This document shows, piece after piece, positions 44,897 to 54,388 of a stretch of 59,891 nt of DNA; the first letter of the stretch is position 1; the number at the start of each line of letters is the position of its first letter. The notes under the pieces are model-generated. The model worked only from the letters and a program-made list of their open reading frames with translations. It did not search any database and had not been told where the DNA came from. The stretch is taken from the IMG/VR virus record IMGVR_UViG_3300006111_000001; one strand, 5' to 3'. The position numbers and the translations under genes were made by a program. The DNA comes from a virus.

Positions 44897-45174
44897 TTGC
44901 CACACCCGATCAGCCGCGCGTTATTGTGCGCCCACATACACGCCGCAAATCAATAAATTTTATAAACGCCGAACTCGAACGCCGCGCGCAACGGGATTTA
45001 ACCGTTCAATTGTTGCGCGAATATGTCGATGAAAAAAAGACGTTCGATATTCCCTTTAAAAGCCGTGTGGTTGTCAAAGACGTGACCAACGATTTTTTAC
45101 TGGCATTTTCGGTTTTAACTTTTTTTGTTGGTTTTATCGCATGCGCCGCAACCATCGTCTTGGTGACGCTATGA
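44893..45174 (+). CDS. Hypothetical membrane-anchored protein
   Basis: 93 aa with C-terminal hydrophobic helix. Confidence 0.4.
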   Translation: MIATPDQPRVIVRPHTRRKSINFINAELERRAQRDLTVQLLREYVDEKKTFDIPFKSRVVVKDVTNDFLLAFSVLTFFVGFIACAATIVLVTL

Positions 45175-45238
45175 AACTGATTTTTAATTGGTTCAAGCGT
45201 CCAACGCTTGCTGACTTACCCCTAGAAACCCGGCTGAT

Positions 45239-46375
45239 TTGCGCAGCCATTATGGGAGCAAAGAAATGAACGCGCCCACCAAACTTCACGCTTTGCCCAA
45301 AGCGGGATTCGCGCCAGGTATTTATTTTAACCTGCCCGAAAATGAATACCGTGCGGACCCCAGCCTATCCGCGTCAGGCATTAAAAGCTTGATCCGATCA
45401 CCTTTTGATTATTGGTGCGATTGTCTGGACCCCACGCGGGAAGATGACCAAACCGAAGCCAAAGACAAAGGCAAAGCATATCACAAAATGCTTTTGGAAG
45501 GCATTGCGGCTTTCGATGCGACCTACGTGGTAGCGCCAACCATTGAAAATTATCCGGACGCATTGCCGGATGGATCAGCGTTAAAAGCTTGGTTGAAAGA
45601 TCAGGGCGCAAAACAGACGGGCACTAATGCCGAACTGTATCAGCTCGCCCTTGAAATCAACCCTGCCCTAGAATTTTGGCCAGATATTCGCGCCAAATGG
45701 AAAGCCGATCACATGGATTGTGAAGCGGTATCCCGCGAGACTTGGACAGAGCTGCAACGCGCCCGCATGGTTTTATCCCGCATGGACAGCGCCAAACGTG
45801 CATTTACGGGCGGCATGTCGGAGGTTTCAATTTTTTGGGTGCATGAATCCGGCGTCCCGATGAAGGCCCGGATCGACTATTTAAAACCCAGCGCCATAGT
45901 GGACCTAAAGACCTTTGCCAACAAAATGGGCAAAGACTTGCGGTCAGCCGTGGTTAGCGAGATTTCAAACAACCGCTATGAAATCCAAGCCGCTGTCTAT
46001 CTGGACGGCATTAAAACCATCAAGGCTCTATTCAAAGCCGGGAAGCTGGCAATTGTTGGGGATCATGACCCCGAATGGCTTGAAAAGGTCATGGCGACCG
46101 ACCGGCATAGGTTCTTTTTTGCTTTTCTGCAAACTGGTCGCTGTCCCAATTTTATTATTCGTGAATTTGCCGAATTTGACACCTTTGCTGGATTGGGTGC
46201 CCAGGCTAACGAATATTTTTCAATCGGTCGCATGGCCTACAAGCACGGCATCGAGCAATGGGCGCGATATATGCGGACTTTTGGCCCCGATGAACCATGG
46301 GTGACTGACTACGAAATCCAACCTTTCCGCGATGACGAGTTTCCAGTGTGGGTGCTCCAAAGAGGTGTCCAATGA
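45239..46375 (+). CDS. PD-(D/E)XK-family nuclease (recombination exonuclease candidate)
   Basis: 378 aa; …MKARIDYLKPSAIVDLKTFANK… fits the D…(D/E)xK catalytic arrangement; sits upstream of the ATPase and SSB. Confidence 0.55.
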   Translation: MRSHYGSKEMNAPTKLHALPKAGFAPGIYFNLPENEYRADPSLSASGIKSLIRSPFDYWCDCLDPTREDDQTEAKDKGKAYHKMLLEGIAAFDATYVVAPTIENYPDALPDGSALKAWLKDQGAKQTGTNAELYQLALEINPALEFWPDIRAKWKADHMDCEAVSRETWTELQRARMVLSRMDSAKRAFTGGMSEVSIFWVHESGVPMKARIDYLKPSAIVDLKTFANKMGKDLRSAVVSEISNNRYEIQAAVYLDGIKTIKALFKAGKLAIVGDHDPEWLEKVMATDRHRFFFAFLQTGRCPNFIIREFAEFDTFAGLGAQANEYFSIGRMAYKHGIEQWARYMRTFGPDEPWVTDYEIQPFRDDEFPVWVLQRGVQ

Positions 46376-47316
46376 CCGTGATGAAATTTACCCAAGCGAT
46401 CCGCAAAGCCACCCGCCCGCTCATTGCCATTGGTGGACCATCAGGCAGCGGAAAAACTTATGGTGCTCTTTTAATGGCGCGAGGCATTGCCGGACCCAAA
46501 GGCAAGATTATTGTCTTGGACACCGAGAACGGTCGAAGCCAAATGTATGCCGATGATCCGACAATTGGCGGGTTTATCGTGGGAGATATGTATCCGCCGT
46601 TTACCAGTGCATCATTTATTGACGCCATCGACGCCGCTGAAAATGCCGGAGCTGACTGCATTGTGATCGACAGTATGACCATGGAGTGGTCCGGCACAGG
46701 CGGATGTATCGAGCAAGCCGAGGAAATGGCAAAGCCCGGCCCCCAAGCATGGATTAAACCAAAGCGCAACCACGCTCGAATGATGAATCGCATTCTCCGT
46801 TGTCAAGTGCCGGTCATTTTTACCCTTCGCGCAAAGCCAGAATTGCTAACGGTCAAAAACGCCCAAGGCAAAGACACGTTCATTAAGGGCGAAATGATTT
46901 GCGAACAGGAATCCCGTTTCATTTATGAAATGACCCTTGCTTGCCTTTGTGATTACCAGACCAACAAAGCATATTATTCCAAGCTGAAAAACCTACCAAA
47001 GCCCTTAACCGGCGTTTTAAAAGACGGCGATCTAATCACCGTTGATACAGGACGGATCATTAAAGAATGGGTATCCACTGGACAGGCAGTCGATACCGCC
47101 CTTGAACGGTCCAAGGCTTTAATGATTGAAGCCGCCCAGCAAGGTTTAATTGCCTTTGCGGATTGCTGGAAACATACCCCCAAAGAACACCAGCGGCTTT
47201 TGGCCGATGAAAAAGACCGGCTCAAAATTGTGGCGCAAACCGTTGACGCGCTACACGCTGAAAATGAACCAGAGCCAACCGAACCGAAAGATGACGGTTT
47301 AGGGGAGGCCGCATAA
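46348..47316 (+). CDS. RecA-like/AAA ATPase (AAA_24 / Sak4-like recombination ATPase candidate)
   Basis: 322 aa; Walker A (GGPSGSGKT), Walker B-like (DCIVIDSMT); real start may be the ATG near 46373. Confidence 0.6.
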   Translation: MGAPKRCPMTVMKFTQAIRKATRPLIAIGGPSGSGKTYGALLMARGIAGPKGKIIVLDTENGRSQMYADDPTIGGFIVGDMYPPFTSASFIDAIDAAENAGADCIVIDSMTMEWSGTGGCIEQAEEMAKPGPQAWIKPKRNHARMMNRILRCQVPVIFTLRAKPELLTVKNAQGKDTFIKGEMICEQESRFIYEMTLACLCDYQTNKAYYSKLKNLPKPLTGVLKDGDLITVDTGRIIKEWVSTGQAVDTALERSKALMIEAAQQGLIAFADCWKHTPKEHQRLLADEKDRLKIVAQTVDALHAENEPEPTEPKDDGLGEAA

Positions 47317-47777
47317 TGGCCGGATCAGTCAATAAATGCATCATCCTTGGTCATTTGGGCGCAGACCCCGAATGCCGCCACACGCAATCAGGTGACTTGA
47401 TTGTAAACTTGCGGGTTGCCACATCGGAATCATGGCGGGATAAAAATTCAGGTGAACGCCGCGAGAAAACCGAGTGGCATCGTGTTGTAATTTTTAACGA
47501 TGCCTTGGGCAAGGTCGCGCAGCAATACCTCAAGAAAGGCGCGAAAGTCTATCTTGAAGGCCAATTGCAGACCCGCAAATGGGTCGATCAAGGCGGCACT
47601 GAACGATATTCAACCGAGATCGTTTTGGCACGGTTTAAAGGCGAATTGACCATGCTGGATGGTGCTAGAGCATCAAATCGAGAACCAGGCGAGGATGATT
47701 ACAATCAGGACGAACGCCCAGCCTCATCATATCGTGCGCCACAAAACAGCGATATGGATGATGAAATCCCATTTTGA
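47316..47777 (+). CDS. ssb: Single-stranded DNA-binding protein
   Basis: 153 aa; OB-fold SSB pattern (…NKCIILGHLGADPECRHTQSGDLIVNLRVATSESWRDK…EWHRVVIF…) and acidic C-terminal tail …DMDDEIPF. Confidence 0.85.
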   Translation: MAGSVNKCIILGHLGADPECRHTQSGDLIVNLRVATSESWRDKNSGERREKTEWHRVVIFNDALGKVAQQYLKKGAKVYLEGQLQTRKWVDQGGTERYSTEIVLARFKGELTMLDGARASNREPGEDDYNQDERPASSYRAPQNSDMDDEIPF

Positions 47778-48145
47778 GGTCTGCCATGCTCCAACGCCGC
47801 AAACACACCCGCTCAGGTATTCGAGACAATGACGGGCCGATCCGTAACGCATCACACCGTCAATGGGTGCGCGGTCACGTCTGTGCTGCACCAGGATGCG
47901 TCAATACACCGATAGAATGTGCTCACGTTGACTATGACGTGCCATTGGCTGATCGGGGCGGTATGGGGCTTAAAAATGGCGACAACTGGACGTGGCCGCT
48001 ATGTGGTGGACCTAACGGGCATCACGCGGAAAGCCATCGGATCGGGGCAAAGACATTCGCGGCTAAGTATCGGTTAGACCCCCACACCATTGCCGCCGAT
48101 CTATGGCGCAGATCACCACATAAGATGAAACAGGAGAGACAGTGA
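47774..48145 (+). CDS. Cys/His-rich zinc-binding protein (possible HNH-like)
   Basis: 123 aa; …CAAPGCVNTPIECAHVDYD…WPLCGGPNGHHAESH… pattern. Confidence 0.35.
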   Translation: MRSAMLQRRKHTRSGIRDNDGPIRNASHRQWVRGHVCAAPGCVNTPIECAHVDYDVPLADRGGMGLKNGDNWTWPLCGGPNGHHAESHRIGAKTFAAKYRLDPHTIAADLWRRSPHKMKQERQ

Positions 48146-48510
48146 TAACCCTAGACACAACACAAATCCGCGCATTGCTGCATGGTATAAAGCCAAATGA
48201 TTGGTTTCCAGGTAATATATTTCTTGCTGCTGAAATTGCCTACGAGCACATACCCGCCCTCTGCGATGAAATAGATGCACTACGTAAGAAGGTGGCGGAG
48301 TTGGAAGCTGAGCGGAAATGGCGACCGATTGAAAATGCGCCAAAATATCAATCTGTAATTTTGGCAACAAAGAACAACAAAGTCGGAGAAGCAATTTTTG
48401 CAAGATCAAATGATGGTCAAATGGAATGGTGGTGGATCAATACTCACGACCCGGTTGAATTTATGCCCACCCACTGGATGCCCCTACCAACCCCACCAAT
48501 TGAGGACTGA
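48142..48510 (+). CDS. Hypothetical protein (DUF551-like C-terminus)
   Basis: 122 aa; C-terminal …EWWWINTHDPVEFMPTHWMPLPTPP… resembles DUF551 phage proteins. Confidence 0.4.
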   Translation: MITLDTTQIRALLHGIKPNDWFPGNIFLAAEIAYEHIPALCDEIDALRKKVAELEAERKWRPIENAPKYQSVILATKNNKVGEAIFARSNDGQMEWWWINTHDPVEFMPTHWMPLPTPPIED

Positions 48511-48513
48511 CCG

Positions 48514-48882
48514 ATGGATGACAAAAACCCAATGCGTCAAATATTGACTGACAACATAAGGCAATCTGCCCGCATTAGGGAGCTTGAGGCGGCTTTGCGT
48601 TTGATTATTGACGCCGCCAAAAGTGGTTCAGATACCAGTGTTCTTCAAAACTTTGCAGCCGACGCGCTGCACTCAAAAAAGGCCCGCCCAATGATCGCTG
48701 GACACCCGGAAGTCACCAAGAAAACCTATGCCCAAGAACGCGATAAGGTTGAGCGGGCCGTAAGGTTCGCCATTGGTGCAGTCCATAACGGCTTGGGGGC
48801 CGATCATCAGGTTCCCGCCGAAACGGTTGCAAAACTGACCGCGCAAATTGAGCGCGATTTCCTTGTCGAAATTATGGAATAG
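48514..48882 (+). CDS. Hypothetical protein
   Basis: 122 aa ORF. Confidence 0.4.
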   Translation: MDDKNPMRQILTDNIRQSARIRELEAALRLIIDAAKSGSDTSVLQNFAADALHSKKARPMIAGHPEVTKKTYAQERDKVERAVRFAIGAVHNGLGADHQVPAETVAKLTAQIERDFLVEIME

Positions 48883-49216
48883 AGGCCCCAACCATGAATG
48901 CCTTGGACACTCACACGATCACAATTAACGTGACGCCACTCGACCTAGCCGCGCTGCATCAATTGTTGGTCGTAAATCACGCTTTGGCCGGTAGCATGGG
49001 TCACGCGGCCCAAAAAGACCTTAAAGCGTTAATTGGCGTCCTTGATGGGCTGATTGTTCAAATCTCAATTGGAATTAATCGATAAGAAAGGCCACTCGCG
49101 TCGATGCCGCCCTTAACCCCGAAACCACCAACGCATAGGGCGGCGAACCGTCGGCGCTTCCAGCACCGAGCCGGGGCGGTGGCCCTATGCACCCCGGCGA
49201 TTAACAAAAGGAGACA

Positions 49217-49579
49217 ATGATGGACTTTCAAGATTTCAGTGTTTTCAACCGCCGCCGTTGCGAAGCGGCCAATGGTTTCAACCACGCCCTTTCGAGATGG
49301 ACCCTTTCGGACTGGTTTACTGCGGTTGTTGGTGAACTTGGCGAAGCTGCCAATGTCGCAAAAAAGCTGAATCGTGTGCGCGATGGAATTCCCGGCAACA
49401 GCGAAACGCCGGAACAATTGCAAGCAGCTTTGGCGGATGAAATTGCAGATACGTTTATTTATCTCGATTTGCTCGCTCAAAGCGCCGGGATCAATTTGGA
49501 AGTGGCTGTGATTGATAAATTCAATCGCACATCGGCCAAGATCGGCTACAACGACAAGCTATTTCGCAGAAGCTTATAG
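49217..49579 (+). CDS. MazG-like nucleotide pyrophosphohydrolase
   Basis: 120 aa; …VVGELGEAANVAKKL… and …ADEIADTFIYLDLLAQSAGINLEVAVIDKFNR… follow the MazG/NTP-PPase helix pattern. Confidence 0.7.
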   Translation: MMDFQDFSVFNRRRCEAANGFNHALSRWTLSDWFTAVVGELGEAANVAKKLNRVRDGIPGNSETPEQLQAALADEIADTFIYLDLLAQSAGINLEVAVIDKFNRTSAKIGYNDKLFRRSL

Positions 49580-49595
49580 GCATCCAGGCGATTGA

Positions 49596-49796
49596 ATGGA
49601 GGGAATGATGGAAAAAGCAGATGCAAAAACGGCAATTATTGTCGGATGTTTTTTAATTTGGTTTGGAATTTTCTTTTGCACAATGATGATATTTGGCGCT
49701 GAAAGTTTTGTGCCTAAAGCATTTTTTGTTTTATCGGTTATAGGCGGGGGTTGGCGACTGGTTCAATGGGGTTTGTCGCATGATGGGAGGGAATGA
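49596..49796 (+). CDS. Small membrane protein
   Basis: 66 aa, two hydrophobic helices. Confidence 0.35.
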   Translation: MEGMMEKADAKTAIIVGCFLIWFGIFFCTMMIFGAESFVPKAFFVLSVIGGGWRLVQWGLSHDGRE

Positions 49797-49981
49797 TGCC
49801 AATATCAACATGGATTTTTGTTTTGGCGATTTTTTATTGCACTGTCGAAACAGCTTACTTTGGATGGAATTTTACACCTGCATCTGAGGCCGAACTTATT
49901 GCAGACGGGATTTCAACAATTATTGCCTCAATTGGATTTTTGGCTCGCATCATCGAGCGCCAAACGCTGGCAATTAAATAA
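49793..49981 (+). CDS. Small membrane protein
   Basis: 62 aa, two hydrophobic helices; ATGA coupling to upstream ORF. Confidence 0.35.
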   Translation: MMPISTWIFVLAIFYCTVETAYFGWNFTPASEAELIADGISTIIASIGFLARIIERQTLAIK

Positions 49982-50023
49982 CCCATGACCCCCCGCTTCC
50001 TATCCCGTCAGGCCGGATAACCC

Positions 50024-50341
50024 ATGAACTTCCCGCGCCCAATCCCAGCCAACAGGCAAGATGAAATTGAAATTCATCGGCCTTGGGCACGGCTGCCAAA
50101 TTGGCCGCGATTGCTACCAGAACTTTTGGCGGCTGCCTATGTCGGCGGTGTCTCGATCGGTACTTTCCGAACGGAGGTCGAACAAGGCATTTGGCCCCCG
50201 CCAATCCGGCGCGGACGGCGCATATTTTGGGATTTGGGCGACCTTGATAGGGCAGTTGACCGGCTAAAGGGCATTGTATCTGATACTCTTCCTGATCAAC
50301 CTTCGGGCCTCGGGGACATAAATTGGGACAAATCCGCTTGA
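50024..50341 (+). CDS. Excisionase / AlpA-like HTH protein
   Basis: 105 aa; …LLAAAYVGGVSIGTFRTEVEQGIWPPPIRRGRRIFWDLGDLDRAVD… resembles Xis/AlpA DNA-binding domains; immediately upstream of integrase. Confidence 0.5.
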   Translation: MNFPRPIPANRQDEIEIHRPWARLPNWPRLLPELLAAAYVGGVSIGTFRTEVEQGIWPPPIRRGRRIFWDLGDLDRAVDRLKGIVSDTLPDQPSGLGDINWDKSA

Positions 50342-51375
50342 GCCTCAGCGTGCCACGGCTCCATATCGTCGGGGACCGCTTTTATTGGCGCCCCACGGCC
50401 CCTATCCGTGCTTTGGGGTTTTCTTACGAGGCTTTGGGCAAAGACCCCATGAAAGCCGCTGCAAGGGCCAGGGAGCTTAATGAACAGGTCGAGCGGGCCA
50501 AACTAGGGTTGGATGCCAGGACCAAGCGCGGCGACACGGTGGCAGCCCTGATCGACGCCTATCAGTCCTGCCCCCGGTATAAGAGCCGGGCGGAAACCAC
50601 CCGAAAGGGCTATGACCATTTCCTAAAACACATCCGCGCGCTTGCCGGGCATGTCATTGTGGCGACCATTGACCGGCCCGGCATGTTGCAGACCTATGAG
50701 AAGCTAATCGCCGCCAGGGGCCTTTATACCGCCAATGCGTATATGAAGGTCTGGCAGATATTGCTTAAGCACGCCTATGACCTCGGATGGCGCAAAGATA
50801 ACCCCGCCGCCGGGCTTGGGCTTCAAACGCCGCCGCCGCGAGAGCAAGTCTGGACGGTCGATCAAATCCTTGCATTTTGTGATGCCGCCGTGGAAATGGG
50901 CAGGCCGTCCATGCGTCTGGCGATGCTATTGGCCTATGACCTTGGGCAACGCCCTGGCGACTATATCAAGCTGACTTGGACCACTTACACCGGGTCCGGG
51001 TTTATGATTAAGCAGTCCAAGACCAAAACCCGCGTCAATGCGCCGTTCGAAAACCCGTTTCTTTGGGCTGAAATCGACGCCATGCCGCGCAAACACTCGC
51101 ATGTCTTGATTTGTGAGGGGACCAAAGCCCCCTATAAGGCTGATTATTTCCGGCACCTATGCACCAAGATCAGGCGCGCGGCCAAACTGCCGGAACAGCT
51201 TCAATTCCGCGATCTGCGCCGGACAGCCGCCACGGAAATTGGCAATGCCGGGGCAACAGATGATCAGTTACGGGCGCTCCAAGGCTGGAAAACCCGGAAT
51301 CAGGCGGCGACTTATGTGGTGGTATCGTCAGCCGGTGCCGAAGGCGCTCAAGCGAAACGGAGGGCGAACAGGTAA
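50323..51375 (+). CDS. int: Tyrosine integrase
   Basis: 350 aa; N-terminal SAM-like and C-terminal catalytic patterns (…GQRPGDYIKLTW…, …FRDLRRTAATEIGNAG…LQGWKTRNQAATYV…). Confidence 0.8.
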   Translation: MGQIRLSLSVPRLHIVGDRFYWRPTAPIRALGFSYEALGKDPMKAAARARELNEQVERAKLGLDARTKRGDTVAALIDAYQSCPRYKSRAETTRKGYDHFLKHIRALAGHVIVATIDRPGMLQTYEKLIAARGLYTANAYMKVWQILLKHAYDLGWRKDNPAAGLGLQTPPPREQVWTVDQILAFCDAAVEMGRPSMRLAMLLAYDLGQRPGDYIKLTWTTYTGSGFMIKQSKTKTRVNAPFENPFLWAEIDAMPRKHSHVLICEGTKAPYKADYFRHLCTKIRRAAKLPEQLQFRDLRRTAATEIGNAGATDDQLRALQGWKTRNQAATYVVVSSAGAEGAQAKRRANR

Positions 51376-51453
51376 AGGATCAGGTGTAATTTTCGTTACA
51401 CTTTGGGGGTTTTTCAGGGGCTAAGGATTTTCCCTAACCCCTTGAAAAATCTT

Positions 51454-51500
51454 GGTGAGCGCGATGGGATTCGAACCCATGACCCTTTGATTAAAAGTAT
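51454..51500 (-). other. tRNA 3'-end fragment (T-arm, acceptor 3' strand and CCA): probable attP core
   Basis: Minus-strand reading …ATGGG-TTCGAAT-CCCAT-CGCGCTC-A-CCA gives a canonical T stem-loop, a 7-nt acceptor 3' strand, discriminator and CCA; no matching 5' acceptor strand (GAGCGCG) upstream, so not a complete tRNA gene. Confidence 0.55.
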
Positions 51501-51614
51501 CATGCACCCCTAGCAAATCCGCCATTTTTTACACTTGTTCTGCGTCTGTTCATGTATGATATATCAATGACTTACGGGCTAAGTGTAACGGCAGTTTGAT
51601 GGAAAAGTGATAAA

Positions 51615-51983
51615 ATGGCAGGAGATGTTTCAGTCAATTTGGCGCCACAAACATCAAAACTGGAAAATTCAACCAAAACCAGTTTTGTTTATTTGGTCCG
51701 CAGCGGGCAACATTTAAAAATTGGCAGAACGAAAAATGTTCAAGCCAGATTTTTGGCTTTGCAAAATGCCACACCCGCCAAATTACGTTTAATCCGGTAT
51801 TTTGAAGTGCCCGCCGAAGAAGTGATCGGGATAGAATATGAAGCCATGGTAACTTTAAAATCCCAGGGCTATCACGTTCGAGGCGAGTGGTTTTCGGCGC
51901 CCACCGATTTAGCTTTAAGGGCTATCTATCAAGCAATTGAAGCCGCAAAGCCTAATGGCAAGCCAATTGTGACTCCGGCCTAG
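51615..51983 (+). CDS. T5orf172 (GIY-YIG-like) domain protein
   Basis: 122 aa; …SFVYLVRSGQHLKIGRTKNVQARFLALQNATPAKLRLI…GEWFSAP… follows the T5orf172 pattern. Confidence 0.6.
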   Translation: MAGDVSVNLAPQTSKLENSTKTSFVYLVRSGQHLKIGRTKNVQARFLALQNATPAKLRLIRYFEVPAEEVIGIEYEAMVTLKSQGYHVRGEWFSAPTDLALRAIYQAIEAAKPNGKPIVTPA

Positions 51984-52107
51984 CGCGAACAATATCGGTT
52001 TAGGCTGACACAGAATCGGACACATCATTTGTCAGGGGTGTTCTGGTTTTGCCCCATATATTATTCATTATTGGGTTTATTGAACATTATATGGGTCATC
52101 CCGGCTC

Positions 52108-52362
52108 CTATTTTGCTTCTCGCGCTAATTTGCGCGCTGGAATGGTTTTACAAAAATCAATTATTTGGATACAAGATTTACAAGTGACTTTGCCGCGCTC
52201 AGATTTGACAAAGAAATCATTACCTTCTTCGCCATCAAGCGAAAACCCACAAAGCGTATAATCTTCACCAGTCACAGAACCAGAATGAGCGATACCATTA
52301 TTTTCTATCCAAATCGCAATCATCGGTCGCTCCTTAATAATAAATGGACAAATCGCCTGCAC
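52108..52362 (-). CDS. Hypothetical small Cys-containing protein
   Basis: 84 aa; AT-richer accessory region. Confidence 0.3.
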   Translation of the reverse strand: MQAICPFIIKERPMIAIWIENNGIAHSGSVTGEDYTLCGFSLDGEEGNDFFVKSERGKVTCKSCIQIIDFCKTIPARKLAREAK

Positions 52363-52612
52363 ACGCTTGTCCCATGTCTTTCGTGGTGCAGTACGGATGG
52401 GTCATAGCAGCTCCTTATTTCATGTAACTGGTCACGCCGGATATTTTTTCCATATCGGCTTTAATAACTTCATTGACCACATGATAATGCCATCGCCAAA
52501 GCAATGAAATGACTTCATCTCTAGCGCGTCCGCGAGGCATAACCCACAAACCAAAATGGATTATATGTCGCGTCAAAGAATATCGAAAATTTTTCACGGC
52601 GACTCGCTCCTT

Positions 52613-52825
52613 TTATGCCGCTTTGATCATTGCCGTATAGCAAATGGCAGTTGTTTGTTTAGGCGGCGGGTAATCTTCGAACGGCGACAATGCGTCTATT
52701 TTGTTTTGATCCATGAGTTCTAACGCAGCTTGTAACCCAGCCGATATTTGTTTGTCAGTTGGTTCTTTGGGAACAATGACAAACCCTTGGGGGCATAGAT
52801 AAGTTAAAAGTTTAATCCACATCAT
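52613..52825 (-). CDS. Hypothetical small protein
   Basis: 70 aa. Confidence 0.3.
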   Translation of the reverse strand: MMWIKLLTYLCPQGFVIVPKEPTDKQISAGLQAALELMDQNKIDALSPFEDYPPPKQTTAICYTAMIKAA

Positions 52826-53010
52826 CGGCTCCTTAATAATTGGCGCGGGCTATCGCAGTCCACCATCCGGTAGCTGGATTATCTCTTACCGTACCCCCGC
52901 GCAGCACAGTCGTATTCTGTCGGAAATGTCCCCTATGGGCGTCATCAGCGGTCATCCGGCTCTGAATGACTTGAGATTGACCAAGACAGAAATCAGTCAA
53001 TTCGATGCTC

Positions 53011-53235
53011 CTATTGTGCAGTTTGTTTAAACCCAAAATATTCTGGATCGTCTGAAATTAAGTCAAATACTTTTCCATATTTCAAATCTAGCTTTTCATG
53101 GACAAGTGCCCAATGTGCTCCATCTGACAGGTCAAGCGTTTCGACCTCATCCATTATTTCTTTGATGCGCTTTTTAGACGGGTTCATGGTCGCTCCTTTA
53201 TTCCCAATTTTCATTATTAGCGCGGTCAACCGCAT
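53011..53235 (-). CDS. Hypothetical small protein
   Basis: 74 aa. Confidence 0.3.
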   Translation of the reverse strand: MRLTALIMKIGNKGATMNPSKKRIKEIMDEVETLDLSDGAHWALVHEKLDLKYGKVFDLISDDPEYFGFKQTAQ

Positions 53236-53395
53236 CTACGCCAATCGCCAATTTCTGCGCCTCGGTGAAAGTGTCCCATATTTCTCTTGTTTTGTAACCA
53301 ACGTGATTGCGCCAATTATGCACTCGACCGCCTTTCCCCCAAGATTGGGGAACTTCGAGGATTTCTTTGATAAGATATTCATCAAGCTCGTCCAT
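53198..53395 (-). CDS. Hypothetical small protein
   Basis: 65 aa. Confidence 0.3.
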   Translation of the reverse strand: MDELDEYLIKEILEVPQSWGKGGRVHNWRNHVGYKTREIWDTFTEAQKLAIGVDAVDRANNENWE

Positions 53396-53404
53396 TACCG
53401 GCTC

Positions 53405-54031
53405 CTAATTTGCTTTGCGCTTTTTGCAATCGCGCAATCGTGTGTAAATAATGCTTTCGCTGACTTTCAGCTTGGCCGCGATTTGCTTGATCGTCAGCCC
53501 TTCCTTGCGGAGGGCTTTAATCTGTTTCAGCTTTTCAGCGGTTAGTTTCTTGGGCGCACCTTGCCAGCCGCCCTCACGTTCTTTAAACGCCTGAATACCG
53601 GCTTTAGTCCGTTCAATGGTTAGCTGGCGTTCAAATTCCGCGACAATGGCGAATAGGCCAAGGATTAGCTTGCCGGTTGCTGTGCTGAAATCGAATTGCT
53701 CTGTCAGGGATTTAAAAGACGCGCCCGCATCGGAAATCTGGTCTAGCCGTGCGTATAGTTCACGCATATTGCGGGCCAGCCGATCTAGACGCCAGACCAC
53801 AAGGGTATCGCCCTCGCGCAAATCTTTCATGGCGTGTTCAAGTGCCGGTCTGGACTTAGACGCCGCCGATTTTTTTTCGATGTGGAGATTGTCGGGCAAC
53901 ACCCCGGCACGCTTAAGCGCGTCCACTTGAAGGTCAAGTTTCTGATCTTCTGTGAACACGCGGGCATACCCGATTAATCGGGTCGCGGGCAGGTCTGGCA
54001 ATTTTGTGCGTCGTTTCAAAACCATGACCAC
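53405..54031 (-). CDS. Serine recombinase (Hin/Gin invertase-resolvase family) with Phe in place of the catalytic Ser
   Basis: 208 aa; strong family match (…DTLVVWRLDRLARNMRELYARLDQISDAGASFKSLTEQFDFSTATGKLILGLFAIVAEFERQLTIERTKAG… plus C-terminal HTH), but the nucleophile motif reads GYARVFTEDQ (codon ttc) instead of GYARVSTxxQ. Confidence 0.75.
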   Translation of the reverse strand: MVMVLKRRTKLPDLPATRLIGYARVFTEDQKLDLQVDALKRAGVLPDNLHIEKKSAASKSRPALEHAMKDLREGDTLVVWRLDRLARNMRELYARLDQISDAGASFKSLTEQFDFSTATGKLILGLFAIVAEFERQLTIERTKAGIQAFKEREGGWQGAPKKLTAEKLKQIKALRKEGLTIKQIAAKLKVSESIIYTRLRDCKKRKAN

Positions 54032-54119
54032 ATTTTACATGAAACGGCCAGATAGTCAACAAATAGCGTATGATTTTTACACTGGAATTAGCGAATGGCT
54101 ATTGCAGTCTAATTTGATC

Positions 54120-54140
54120 CGTGTATAATGGGGACACCAA
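54120..54140 (+). promoter_or_regulatory. Candidate extended -10 promoter for the plus-strand accessory operon
   Basis: …tgTATAATggggaca… (TGnTATAAT) ~25 nt upstream of the 54156 ATG, followed by GGAG RBS. Confidence 0.35.
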
Positions 54141-54155
54141 CACGGAGACACGACA

Positions 54156-54374
54156 ATGACCATCGAAAAGAATATTTCAATTTTTGACGGAAACGACCAG
54201 GAACACGCCGAATTTATTCGCGGCTGCGTCAAAAGCCTTGGCGGTGAAATCCCCGCTCATTGGTCAGACGAAGCGGTAATCGAGTTTTTTAATACCCTGT
54301 CTAACGATGCCCCGCGCATTTATACGGACATGGAAAAAGCAGATATGAAATATCAAGCCCAAATGGCTGAATAA
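54156..54374 (+). CDS. Hypothetical protein
   Basis: 72 aa; first gene of the plus-strand accessory operon. Confidence 0.4.
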   Translation: MTIEKNISIFDGNDQEHAEFIRGCVKSLGGEIPAHWSDEAVIEFFNTLSNDAPRIYTDMEKADMKYQAQMAE

Positions 54375-54388
54375 GAAAGGCCCGACTA

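Noticed and set aside
51454-51540. Complete tRNA gene
   Set aside because: Only the T-arm, acceptor 3' strand and CCA are present; no complementary 5' acceptor strand or D-arm is found upstream, so it is a fragment (attP-like), not a functional tRNA.
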